The notes under the pieces are model-generated. The model was not told the DNA's origin, did no database searches, and saw only the letters and a list, made by a program, of their open reading frames with translations. This document shows, piece by piece, positions 9,622 through 18,098 of a DNA stretch of 64,000 nt. Source of the stretch: an uncultured Muribaculaceae bacterium (lineage in GTDB: Bacteria > Bacillota_I > Bacilli_A > RF39 > UBA660). The position numbers and the translations under genes were made by a program. The DNA lies in NCBI GenBank assembly GCA_964370545.1, contig CAYJJQ010000001.1:25605-89604 (forward strand), given 5' to 3'. Each line of letters opens with the position of its first letter. Positions within the stretch are counted from its first letter, which is position 1.

Positions 9622-9795
9622 ATGATAAGATCAAAGAGGGGTTTGGTTTTAGAAAGTGTATTAGAAATAATTTTTGGATTAGCCATTATCTTGATAACTA
9701 TTCCCATTTGGAGTGAATTTCAAGACAAAGGTTATGAAGAAGTTGTGGAAAAATACGAAGACTATGGCCAAGTTGTCTTTTATGACAACAATTAA
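9622..9795 (+). CDS. 57-aa ComGC-like type IV (pseudo)pilin mini-protein, absent from the ORF track
   Basis: RBS AGGGGG 5 nt upstream. Product is MIRSKRG/LVLESVLEIIFGLAIILITIPIW..., with Gly before the cleavage site, Glu at +5 and a hydrophobic helix. The ILITIP motif matches ComGC (ILLLITIPNV). Shorter than the track's length cutoff. Confidence 0.45.
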   Translation: MIRSKRGLVLESVLEIIFGLAIILITIPIWSEFQDKGYEEVVEKYEDYGQVVFYDNN

Positions 9796-9893
9796 ATAGG
9801 AAGTGTAAACTTCCTGTTTTTTTGTCAAATAAATTGTGTATCATTACAAAATATGTTAATATTATTATGAGTAATACTATAGAAAGGATATGC

Positions 9894-11009
9894 ATGAAAA
9901 GGCTGAAAAAAAATACTATATATTTATTTTTAGGCGTAATAGCATTTACAATAACTACTATTGGTTATTCTTATGCTATCTTTTTTAGTATAGATTCAAG
10001 CACTTTAGAACAGCAAATTTCTGCTGGAGATTTACAAGTTGCATTTAATAATTCTTCTACTTCAATAACCAGAAATTCAATGCTACCTACTAGTGATGCT
10101 GATGGCCTTGCAGCAAGTTCTGCTAGTACAATATATTTACAAAATAATGGCTCTACCGATTCAACTGCTTTTTTTACTGTAAAGTATGACTATGAATCTT
10201 TTACTTCAGATGCAGATTATACTGCTGATAGTATGCTAATACCATTAGAATTTTTAAGAGCTGCAGTATTTGTATATGATGATGTAGCAGGTCAAATGGT
10301 GCAAGCTAGTGATGTGTTTACCTTATCTGAATTACCTGTATATACTGTAGATACTTCAAATTATTATAATAATGCATACAGATTATATTTTGCAAATATA
10401 GAAAAATCAACATCTGGAAATAATGCTCAAACTTATTCAATTAAAGTTTGGCTTGATGAAAATGCACCAGAATATATAAGAGATTACAAATTATATTTAA
10501 ACGTAAATGTAATAGCACAAGTTAAAGATTCAACTAGTAATTATAATTTAAGTGGCACACTTAATGTAAATAGCTCTCCTGTAGCAAATGCTACTATAAG
10601 TTTAATGAATGGTGCATTAAAAGCTACGACTGATGCAAATGGTAATTATACCTTTAATGGAATACCAGAAGCATTATATACACTAGATATTACTACATCT
10701 ACCACTAAATATGAAACAACTTTCAAATTAGAAGAAGGGGATGAACTAAAAAATAGTACGTATGTGAATACTCATACTGTTAATGGTAATACTACATTTA
10801 GTAGTTTAGCGTATACATATGGAACCTCACTTCATAAATTAAAAGAAATTAATAATATATTTGATAATACTAATGAAATTGTTTTAACTGATGGTCAGGT
10901 ATTAACATTGCCTAAAGTATACATTATCACAGGTGGTAATAATTTAGATATAAATGTAAATATTGATGTTGATAATGAAGGTGTTATCAACTTGAGTTTA
11001 GGAGGTTAG
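9894..11009 (+). CDS. secreted TasA/camelysin-like protein with SipW-cognate signal peptide plus a carboxypeptidase-regulatory-like (CarbopepD_reg) domain
   Basis: Internal ATG at 9894 with AAAGGA RBS gives MKRLKKNTIYLFLGVIAFTITTIGYSYAIFFSIDSS, which is a SipW-type signal (GxxxAxF). NGNYTFNGIPEALYTLD is a beta-sandwich motif. The N-domain is paralogous to the two following genes. Confidence 0.5.
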   Translation: MKRLKKNTIYLFLGVIAFTITTIGYSYAIFFSIDSSTLEQQISAGDLQVAFNNSSTSITRNSMLPTSDADGLAASSASTIYLQNNGSTDSTAFFTVKYDYESFTSDADYTADSMLIPLEFLRAAVFVYDDVAGQMVQASDVFTLSELPVYTVDTSNYYNNAYRLYFANIEKSTSGNNAQTYSIKVWLDENAPEYIRDYKLYLNVNVIAQVKDSTSNYNLSGTLNVNSSPVANATISLMNGALKATTDANGNYTFNGIPEALYTLDITTSTTKYETTFKLEEGDELKNSTYVNTHTVNGNTTFSSLAYTYGTSLHKLKEINNIFDNTNEIVLTDGQVLTLPKVYIITGGNNLDINVNIDVDNEGVINLSLGG

Positions 11010-11012
11010 TAT

Positions 11013-11639
11013 ATGAGGCAAAGAAGAATGTACGTTATACCTACAATTTTACTAGTCATTATGATGCTATGTACAGCAACATTTACATATGCATACTTTA
11101 CAGCACCGAGCTCAGAGTCGTATAGTGAATATGACATAACATCTACTAAAACTGGTTTTGCTTATGCAGAATCTGGATCAGAAATAGATTTACTTGTATC
11201 TGGAGATGTAATGCAAGAACCATTACAGAATAATAATGTAGCTGCAGCAACAGCTGTAAATGATGATCCGATTACAGTAACACTAAATACTTCAGTAAAT
11301 GGAGGAACTCTAACTTGTACTTATGATATTTATTATATACCGGATACTCCCTTTATGAATAGTATAGAAAATACAACAAATGAAAAAGAATTTACAATAA
11401 AAGGTGTTTCTGATAAAGGTTCATTTGCAACTGAAATAAATTTAGGAAATGTAACTGAAAAAATTATGTTAGCTGAAAATGTAAATATAGCGTTAAGTGG
11501 AGTAAGCAAAGTATTAGTACAATCATGGACTTTTACAGCAAGCTTTTACAACCAAACTTTTGTCCAAGATGATAATGCGGGAAAAGAATTTGGAGGTAGA
11601 ATTGTTTTAGAAGATTTAGATTGTGAAAATACTTTCTAA
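11013..11639 (+). CDS. TasA/camelysin-family secreted protein (SipW-cognate signal peptide)
   Basis: RBS GGAGG. N-terminus MRQRRMYVIPTILLVIMMLCTATFTYAYFTAPS matches the TasA/CalY GGGTFAFF[ST]D pattern. 208 aa, similar in size to CalY. Paralog of the next gene (conserved TCTYDIYY and WTFTASFYN...DNAGKEFGG motifs). Confidence 0.55.
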   Translation: MRQRRMYVIPTILLVIMMLCTATFTYAYFTAPSSESYSEYDITSTKTGFAYAESGSEIDLLVSGDVMQEPLQNNNVAAATAVNDDPITVTLNTSVNGGTLTCTYDIYYIPDTPFMNSIENTTNEKEFTIKGVSDKGSFATEINLGNVTEKIMLAENVNIALSGVSKVLVQSWTFTASFYNQTFVQDDNAGKEFGGRIVLEDLDCENTF

Positions 11640-11710
11640 AATGACAAAAAAAGACTTGAAAAAAAATAATTTATTTGTTACTATGTATATATAGTAGAGA
11701 AGGAGATAAC

Positions 11711-12358
11711 ATGGAAAGAAAACAAACATTATTGTTAACAGTAATAGCAGTAGCTACTTTACTAGTGGCAGTTGTGGGAGCAACGTTCGCGTTCTTCACG
11801 GCTTCAGGAACAGGATCTGCTGATAGTGAGGTAACAGTTACTACTAGTTCAATAGATACAGTTAATACGACTGCTTCTAACTTAACTTTACAAGTAGGAT
11901 TAACAGATATGCTTTTAGCTAATGGTAGAGATGATTATTCTGCTAGAAAACAAGCTACAAGTACTATTACAATGTCTGCTGGTACTGGAACAGGTGGAGG
12001 TACAAATACATGTACTTATGACTTATCATATACACCTAATTCAGGACAAGATTTTACTCAATCTGCAGCTAACACTGGTGGATTAAACGAGTTAACTATT
12101 TCAGCTGTTGCAACTAACCCTGGTTCAGGAGTAAGTAGTGATAATGCTGTAACAGAATTTTCACTTGATGGCATTACTACAGAGCAAACACTAATCGATG
12201 GTGGAACATTTGCTGTTAGTGGTGTAAGTAATACTGATGTTTTAACTTGGACATTTACTGTAACATTTTATAACTTAGCAGTTGATCAAAGTGATAATGC
12301 TGGTGCGACATTTGGTGGAACACTATCATTTAAAAACGTTACTTGCGTAAACAGTTAA
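11711..12358 (+). CDS. TasA/camelysin-family secreted protein (SipW-cognate signal peptide), paralog of the previous gene
   Basis: AGGAGA RBS and ATG 11711 give MERKQTLLLTVIAVATLLVAVVGATFAFFTASG. The C-terminal motifs TCTYDLSY and WTFTVTFYN...DNAGATFGG are shared with 11013..11639. Confidence 0.55.
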   Translation: MERKQTLLLTVIAVATLLVAVVGATFAFFTASGTGSADSEVTVTTSSIDTVNTTASNLTLQVGLTDMLLANGRDDYSARKQATSTITMSAGTGTGGGTNTCTYDLSYTPNSGQDFTQSAANTGGLNELTISAVATNPGSGVSSDNAVTEFSLDGITTEQTLIDGGTFAVSGVSNTDVLTWTFTVTFYNLAVDQSDNAGATFGGTLSFKNVTCVNS

Positions 12359-12370
12359 TATTAAAAAGTA

Positions 12371-12397
12371 AAGATTGAGCAATCAATCTTTTTTTTA
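12371..12397 (+). terminator. rho-independent terminator
   Basis: AGATTGA-GCAA-TCAATCT stem-loop followed by T6 directly after the stop at 12358. Confidence 0.6.
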
Positions 12398-12438
12398 TGT
12401 ATATTTTTTGATATAATTATAATAGAAATGAGGTTAAT

Positions 12439-13368
12439 ATGAAAAAGGTATTAGTCACTGGAGCAGCTGGAGCAATTGGCATTCAAACTGTTAAATATTT
12501 ATTAAGTGAAGGTAAGTATGAAATAACTATACTAGATTTAAAAAATTCAAGATCTCATAAAATACTAAAAAAATATAAAAATAGAGTTAATATTATCTAT
12601 GGAGATATATGTAATAGAGTATTAATGGAAGCCTTAATAAAAGATCATGATTATGTTATTCATTTAGCATCATCTTTATTTCCTTTAGGCCAACATAAAA
12701 AAAGTTTATCTAAAATTATAGAACATGATGCAGTTGAAAATATAGTTAGATCAATTAACTACTATAACCCCGCTTGTCATTTAATTTATGCATCAACTAC
12801 TTCAGTATATGGTGATGTAGAAAGTGCGTCTATTAAAAATAAAATACAACCAAAAACTGATGAATATTATACATATTATAAATATAAATCTGAACAATTG
12901 ATAACTTCTAAACTTAAACATTATACTATTGTTAGAGTGCCTTTAGTAGTAAATGGAAATAAAGTACATAACTTTATATATAATATAAAAAATAGTAGTA
13001 ATATTAGTTTTATTACAGATATAGATGCTGGATACTTTTTTACCAAGATACTAGATCATATTAAGGCATCTAATAAGAAAACAATTAATATTAAAAGTTC
13101 TTATAATGAAGAATTAACTTATAAAGATTTAAGAAATAAAATAATAAAAGCAACTGGTTTTGAAATAAAATTAATTTTAAATAAAATATTTGTAGAAAAT
13201 AACTTTTATTCACCAAGTCTTACTGATACAGAAACTTATGTTAATAAATTAAATTATCAAATAGATTCTTTAGAAAATTGTTTGAAAAGATTGAAAAGAA
13301 AATCTAAAAATAAATATATAAACTTAGCTTTAGGAAAAATGTACTTTTTAATTAGAGGCACAAAATGA
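12439..13368 (+). CDS. NAD-dependent epimerase/dehydratase (SDR) family protein
   Basis: Rossmann motif VLVTGAAGAIGIQTVKYLL at the N-terminus; 309 aa. Confidence 0.5.
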   Translation: MKKVLVTGAAGAIGIQTVKYLLSEGKYEITILDLKNSRSHKILKKYKNRVNIIYGDICNRVLMEALIKDHDYVIHLASSLFPLGQHKKSLSKIIEHDAVENIVRSINYYNPACHLIYASTTSVYGDVESASIKNKIQPKTDEYYTYYKYKSEQLITSKLKHYTIVRVPLVVNGNKVHNFIYNIKNSSNISFITDIDAGYFFTKILDHIKASNKKTINIKSSYNEELTYKDLRNKIIKATGFEIKLILNKIFVENNFYSPSLTDTETYVNKLNYQIDSLENCLKRLKRKSKNKYINLALGKMYFLIRGTK

Positions 13369-14399
13369 TAGGTGTAGCACTTGAAGGTGGGGGATTAAGA
13401 GGAGCTTATCAAGTTGGTGCACTTAAAGCAATAGAAGAATCTGGAATAAAAATAAATGGTTTAGTAGGCACCTCAATAGGTGCTGTAAATTCTGCTCTTT
13501 ATTTAATTGGAGGAATTAAATTATTAGAATCATTTTGGAAAGATGAAGATTTTGCTACATTACTAGGAGATTATGTTCATAGTGATGTTGATTCTTGTAG
13601 TATCATTGATGAATTAAAAGATTACAGAGATTCTATTAATGGAATAATTAAGAATCATGGGTTAGATGTTGATCAATTAGAAAATAAATTAAAAAGTATT
13701 TTAAATGAAAAGAAAATAAGAAATAGTAATTGTGATTACGGTTTAATTACATATAGAATTAAAGATAAAACAGCTCTTTCTTTATTTAAAGAAGATATAC
13801 CCCAAGGCAAGTTAGCAGATTACATTACTGCAAGTTGTTATTTACCTATCTTTAAAATGAAAAAATTAGATGGTGATAGTTATTATTTAGATGGTGGATT
13901 TTATGAAAATTCTCCATCTAATATGTTATCTGAAAAAGGCTATGAAAAAATATTTGTTATTGGACTAAAAGCGCCTGGTATTAATAGAAAAAAAATAGAT
14001 AATAGTAAAATAGTAAAAATAATGCCTAGTAGAAATTTAGGCCATATACTAAATGTAAATAAAAATAATATAATTAGAAATATTAATATGGGATATTATG
14101 ATACATTAAAAGTACTTAATAAATATGATGGAATTAAATATACATTTAAAAAATACCCTAAGTGGGTTTATAAGTTTTTATTAAGAAAAGTTGATAAGAA
14201 AACAATGCAAAGAGCTGAAATATTTTTCTTGACAGGTAATAAGAAAATTCTTATAATAAAAACTCTAGAATTTATTATGAACAAAGAAGATTATGATTTT
14301 AATAAAGTATATAGTCCAATTAAGTTAATAAAAAAATATAGAAAAAATAAAGAAAATAAAATAGCATATAAGTTTATTAAAAAATTAAAATTTTTATAG
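13365..14399 (+). CDS. patatin-like phospholipase
   Basis: GVALEGGGLRGAYQVG (GxGxxG oxyanion motif) and GTSIGAVN (GxSxG nucleophile elbow). Overlaps the upstream gene by 4 nt. Confidence 0.6.
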   Translation: MIGVALEGGGLRGAYQVGALKAIEESGIKINGLVGTSIGAVNSALYLIGGIKLLESFWKDEDFATLLGDYVHSDVDSCSIIDELKDYRDSINGIIKNHGLDVDQLENKLKSILNEKKIRNSNCDYGLITYRIKDKTALSLFKEDIPQGKLADYITASCYLPIFKMKKLDGDSYYLDGGFYENSPSNMLSEKGYEKIFVIGLKAPGINRKKIDNSKIVKIMPSRNLGHILNVNKNNIIRNINMGYYDTLKVLNKYDGIKYTFKKYPKWVYKFLLRKVDKKTMQRAEIFFLTGNKKILIIKTLEFIMNKEDYDFNKVYSPIKLIKKYRKNKENKIAYKFIKKLKFL

Positions 14400-14407
14400 G
14401 AGGTAAT

Positions 14408-15130
14408 ATGGGAAGAGCATATGAAGTTAGAAAAGCTAGTATATTAAAATCTGGATCTGCAAAAGGTAAAGTATATACTACTTATGCAAAAGAAATATAT
14501 ATTGTAGCAAAAAAAGGAGCTCCTGATCCTGATGCAAATGATGCACTTAGAAGATTAATAGACAAAGCTAAAAAGGAACAAGTTCCTAATGATATTATTG
14601 AAAGAGCAATTAATAAAGCTAAAGGTTCTACTGGTGAAGACTATGAGGAAGTAGTTTATGAAGGTTTTGGTCCAGGCGCATCTACTTTAATTATTAAAAC
14701 GCTAACTGATAATGTTAATAGAACTGTAGGAATGGTTAGAGCATCTTTTAATAAATTAAATAAAAGTTTAGGCGTGACTAATTCGGTTTCATATAACTAT
14801 GATTACTTAGCAGTAGTATCAGTTAAAGAAGATGAAGAAAAAGTATTTAATGCTTTAATAGAAAATGAAATTGACCCAATAGATTTTGAAAATGAAGATG
14901 GTGAAATTAGTGTTACTGTTAATCCTAAAGATTATGATAAATTAAAAACTGCTTTAGAATCAATAAATGAAAATATAGTTTATGAATTTGATGAAATAGG
15001 AATGTTTGCTAAAGATGAGATAACTTTAGAAGGTGAAGATTTAGAAAACTTTAAGAAGTTATATAAACTATTAGATGAAATAGATGATGTTACATCTATA
15101 TACCATAACGTAAAAGATTTTGAGTTATAA
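14408..15130 (+). CDS. yebC: YebC/PmpR-family probable transcriptional regulatory protein
   Basis: RBS AGGAGG. 240 aa starting MGRAYEVRKASILKSG..., with the family-typical length and conserved N-terminus. Confidence 0.7.
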   Translation: MGRAYEVRKASILKSGSAKGKVYTTYAKEIYIVAKKGAPDPDANDALRRLIDKAKKEQVPNDIIERAINKAKGSTGEDYEEVVYEGFGPGASTLIIKTLTDNVNRTVGMVRASFNKLNKSLGVTNSVSYNYDYLAVVSVKEDEEKVFNALIENEIDPIDFENEDGEISVTVNPKDYDKLKTALESINENIVYEFDEIGMFAKDEITLEGEDLENFKKLYKLLDEIDDVTSIYHNVKDFEL

Positions 15131-15762
15131 TGATAAAAAGAATATTAATTGATATTGATGATACACTATTAACTTTAAATATAAATAAGATATTAAAAGA
15201 ATATGATACATATTTGAAACCTTTAAATATAAAAGGTATAGATATATATAATTTATATGGGGATTTTGAAAATACTAATTTAGAATATACAGATGAAAAT
15301 GTACTTAAATATTTTCATGATAACTTAAGTGCAAATATTACTTTAAATCATTTAAATGATTTAAGAGAAATATTTGCAAATAATAGTTCCTTAATTAATG
15401 ATGATACAGATTATATATTAAATAAGTTAAGTGAAAAATATGAAATAGTTGCTTTAAGTAATTGGTATAGTAAAGATCAATCTAATAGATTAGAAAAAGT
15501 AGATATATTAAAATATTTTACTAAGGTATACGGTGTAGATAACTTAGGTAGAAAACCATATAATAATACCTATATTAATGCATGTAAACCATATAAATTA
15601 AATGAATGTATTATGATAGGTGATAACATAGTAAATGATGTAAGTAAGCCTCATATTTTAGGAATAAAAAGTATATATTTTAATCCTTTAAATAATAAAA
15701 GTAATTATAAATCAATAAATTCTTTAAATGAATTAATTGATTTATTAGTTGAAAACCAATAA
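15130..15762 (+). CDS. HAD-superfamily hydrolase
   Basis: N-terminal DxD motif (ILIDIDDTLL). Paralog of the HAD gene at 15937 (shared VALSNWY...LEK...LKYF...ACKPY.LNEC.IIGD...YFNP). Start overlaps the yebC stop. Confidence 0.5.
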   Translation: MIKRILIDIDDTLLTLNINKILKEYDTYLKPLNIKGIDIYNLYGDFENTNLEYTDENVLKYFHDNLSANITLNHLNDLREIFANNSSLINDDTDYILNKLSEKYEIVALSNWYSKDQSNRLEKVDILKYFTKVYGVDNLGRKPYNNTYINACKPYKLNECIMIGDNIVNDVSKPHILGIKSIYFNPLNNKSNYKSINSLNELIDLLVENQ

Positions 15763-15774
15763 AAAATTAGTTAT

Positions 15775-15920
15775 AATAAACTTGATAGCTGCGATGGTAT
15801 TTACAACACTTGAGCTATATCGTCTAACTTGCGTTAAAAGTAAAAGAGTATGTTGAACATAAATTAAGGTGGTACCGCGGAAATATTTTCGTCCTTATCT
15901 TTCTTTATGTTTTTTTTGTA
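15775..15920 (+). promoter_or_regulatory. T-box riboswitch leader, probably Tyr-specific, preceding the HAD-tyrS operon
   Basis: Conserved T-box sequence AAATTAAGGTGGTACCGCGG at 15861-15880. The UGGU bulge fits discriminator A of tRNA-Tyr. A UAC triplet at 15802-15804 sits in a candidate specifier region. A T-run at 15903-15918 suggests the terminator end. The full fold was not verified. Confidence 0.55.
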
Positions 15921-15936
15921 TAAAAAAAGGAGTAAT

Positions 15937-16560
15937 ATGTTAAAAAGAATTATTTTTGATTTAGATAATACTATATTTGATTCAATCACTGATTATATTA
16001 ATACATATAATGAATTTTTAGATAGTTCTGATATAACATTTTCTATTGAAGAATTAGCTTTAGTTACTAAAGAATATGAAAAAGATAATTATAATGTTAA
16101 TAAAATAGAATATACCTCATATGTAAGTGAAAAGCTTAATATAGATTATTCTGTAAATAACTTTAATAAAATCTTAGAAATAAATGGTAAACATGCAACA
16201 ATTATTAATTCTAATACAAAAAAGATACTAGAATATTTAAATAGCAAATATGAGATAGTTGCTTTATCTAATTGGTATTATGATGTACAGTATAAAAGAT
16301 TAGAAAAAAGAGGCTTACTAAAATATTTTAAACATATTTATTGTTTAGATAACTTCGGAAGTAAACCAAGTAGTGCTGTATTTGAAAAAGCATGTAAACC
16401 ATATGAATTAAATGAATGTTTAATAATAGGAGATAGTATAAAAAATGATATAGAAGTACCTAAAAAATTAGGTATGAAAGTTATATACTTTAATCCTAAG
16501 AATTATCATTCAACTTATGATAATATAAATAGTTTGGATGAACTATTAAATAAATTATAG
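15937..16560 (+). CDS. HAD-superfamily hydrolase, tandem paralog, first gene downstream of the T-box
   Basis: RBS AAAGGAG then MLKRIIFDLDNTIFD (DxD motif). Strong similarity to 15130..15762. Its stop lies 11 nt before tyrS. Confidence 0.5.
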   Translation: MLKRIIFDLDNTIFDSITDYINTYNEFLDSSDITFSIEELALVTKEYEKDNYNVNKIEYTSYVSEKLNIDYSVNNFNKILEINGKHATIINSNTKKILEYLNSKYEIVALSNWYYDVQYKRLEKRGLLKYFKHIYCLDNFGSKPSSAVFEKACKPYELNECLIIGDSIKNDIEVPKKLGMKVIYFNPKNYHSTYDNINSLDELLNKL

Positions 16561-16571
16561 AAAGGAATATT

Positions 16572-17804
16572 ATGAAATTATTTGATGATTTAAAAGAAAG
16601 AGGATTACTTAAAGATATATCCTCACCAGAAATTGAAAAAAAGTTAAATGAAGAAACAATTACTTTTTACTGGGGAACTGATCCTACTGCAGATAGTCTG
16701 CATATTGGTCATTATCCAAGTTTAGTAACTGCTAAAAGACTTGCTAAAGCAGGTCATAATCCTATTTTATTAGTAGGAGGAGCAACAGGACTTATTGGAG
16801 ATCCTAGACCTACTAGTGAAAGAACAATAATATCTAAAGAAATAGTAGAAAAAAATATAGAAGGATTAAAAGATCAAGTAAATTTTTTACTTGATGGTAA
16901 AGCAACAATTGTTAATAACTATGATTGGTCTAAAGATATTAATTTTATAGATTTCTTAAGAGATTATGGTAAATACTTTAGTATTAATTATATGCTTGAT
17001 AAAGATATAATAAAAAGAAGATTAGAAACTGGTATTACATATACCGAGTTTAGTTATATGATAATGCAAGCATTAGACTTTGAATATTTAAATCAAAAAT
17101 ATAATTGTACTATGCAAGTAGCAGGATCAGATCAGTGGGGAAATATTACAGCTGGTATAGAGCTTATTAGAAGAAAAAGTGATAAAGAAGCATTTGGATT
17201 TACTATGCCTCTTATCTTAGATAAACATGGTAATAAATTTGGTAAATCTGAAGGTAATGCTTTATGGCTTGATAAAAATAAAACTTCTTCATATACTATG
17301 TATCAATATTTAATTAATTTAGATGATAGCATGATAGATCATTATTTAAAAGTATTTACATTTTTATCACTAGATGAAATAAAAGAAATTAATGCTAAGC
17401 ATGCATTAAAACCAGAAGATAGAATTGCTCAAAAAGCTTTAGCTAAAGAAATAATTACTGATATTCATAGTAAAGAAGATTATGAAAAAGCTAAAAAAAT
17501 AAGTGAAAACTTATTTAGTGAAAAAATATTTGAATTATCTAGTGAAGAAATTATATCATCATTAACAGGAGTTAAAACAATAAATATTAACAGTGATGAA
17601 GACATACTTAACTTACTGGTTAATACAACTATATGTTCTAGTAAAAGAGAAGCTAGAGAGATGCTTGAAGCTGGAGCAATATCTATAAACAATAAAAAAA
17701 TAACTTCATTAGATGAAATTATTTCTAAAAAAGATGCTATAGATAATAAAGTATTACTAATTAAAAAAGGTAAGAAAAATTACTACTTAGGTATATATAA
17801 CTAA
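16572..17804 (+). CDS. tyrS: tyrosyl-tRNA synthetase
   Basis: Class I HIGH motif (SLHIGHYPSL), KMSKS-type KFGKS motif and a C-terminal S4-like domain; 410 aa. Confidence 0.9.
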   Translation: MKLFDDLKERGLLKDISSPEIEKKLNEETITFYWGTDPTADSLHIGHYPSLVTAKRLAKAGHNPILLVGGATGLIGDPRPTSERTIISKEIVEKNIEGLKDQVNFLLDGKATIVNNYDWSKDINFIDFLRDYGKYFSINYMLDKDIIKRRLETGITYTEFSYMIMQALDFEYLNQKYNCTMQVAGSDQWGNITAGIELIRRKSDKEAFGFTMPLILDKHGNKFGKSEGNALWLDKNKTSSYTMYQYLINLDDSMIDHYLKVFTFLSLDEIKEINAKHALKPEDRIAQKALAKEIITDIHSKEDYEKAKKISENLFSEKIFELSSEEIISSLTGVKTININSDEDILNLLVNTTICSSKREAREMLEAGAISINNKKITSLDEIISKKDAIDNKVLLIKKGKKNYYLGIYN

Positions 17805-17849
17805 GTCATAAAACTTTTTTTCATATATTATATGGAAAGGAGTTTTTTT

Positions 17850-18098
17850 ATGAACCGAGAATATTATAAACCAAGACCAGTACCAATACCAGTTAGAAGA
17901 TATGGATATAAAGAAAATGAAGGTGATAGATTTTTTTTAGCAGCTCCATTTTTATTTGGAGCACTAGCAGGAGGAGCTATAGCAGCATCATCTAGACCAA
18001 GACCAGTATATGTTTATCCACCAGCACAACCGTATTATAATCCGGCAGTGCCATATGCACATTCTAGTTATTCATATTACTATCCTACATATCGTTAA
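17850..18098 (+). CDS. small Tyr/Pro/Ala-rich hypothetical protein (spore-coat-like composition)
   Basis: AAAGGAG RBS 7 nt upstream of ATG 17850. Product MNREYYKPRPVPIPVRRYGY...YYNPAVPYAHSSYSYYYPTYR. Convergent with the SEDS gene and overlaps it by 14 nt. Confidence 0.35.
   Translation: MNREYYKPRPVPIPVRRYGYKENEGDRFFLAAPFLFGALAGGAIAASSRPRPVYVYPPAQPYYNPAVPYAHSSYSYYYPTYR

Noticed and set aside
9698-9895. 65-aa minus-strand ORF in the 9.6-9.9 kb intergenic region
   Set aside because: Overlaps the + strand ComGC-like mini-ORF, which has a strong RBS and a recognisable pilin leader. The minus ORF has neither.
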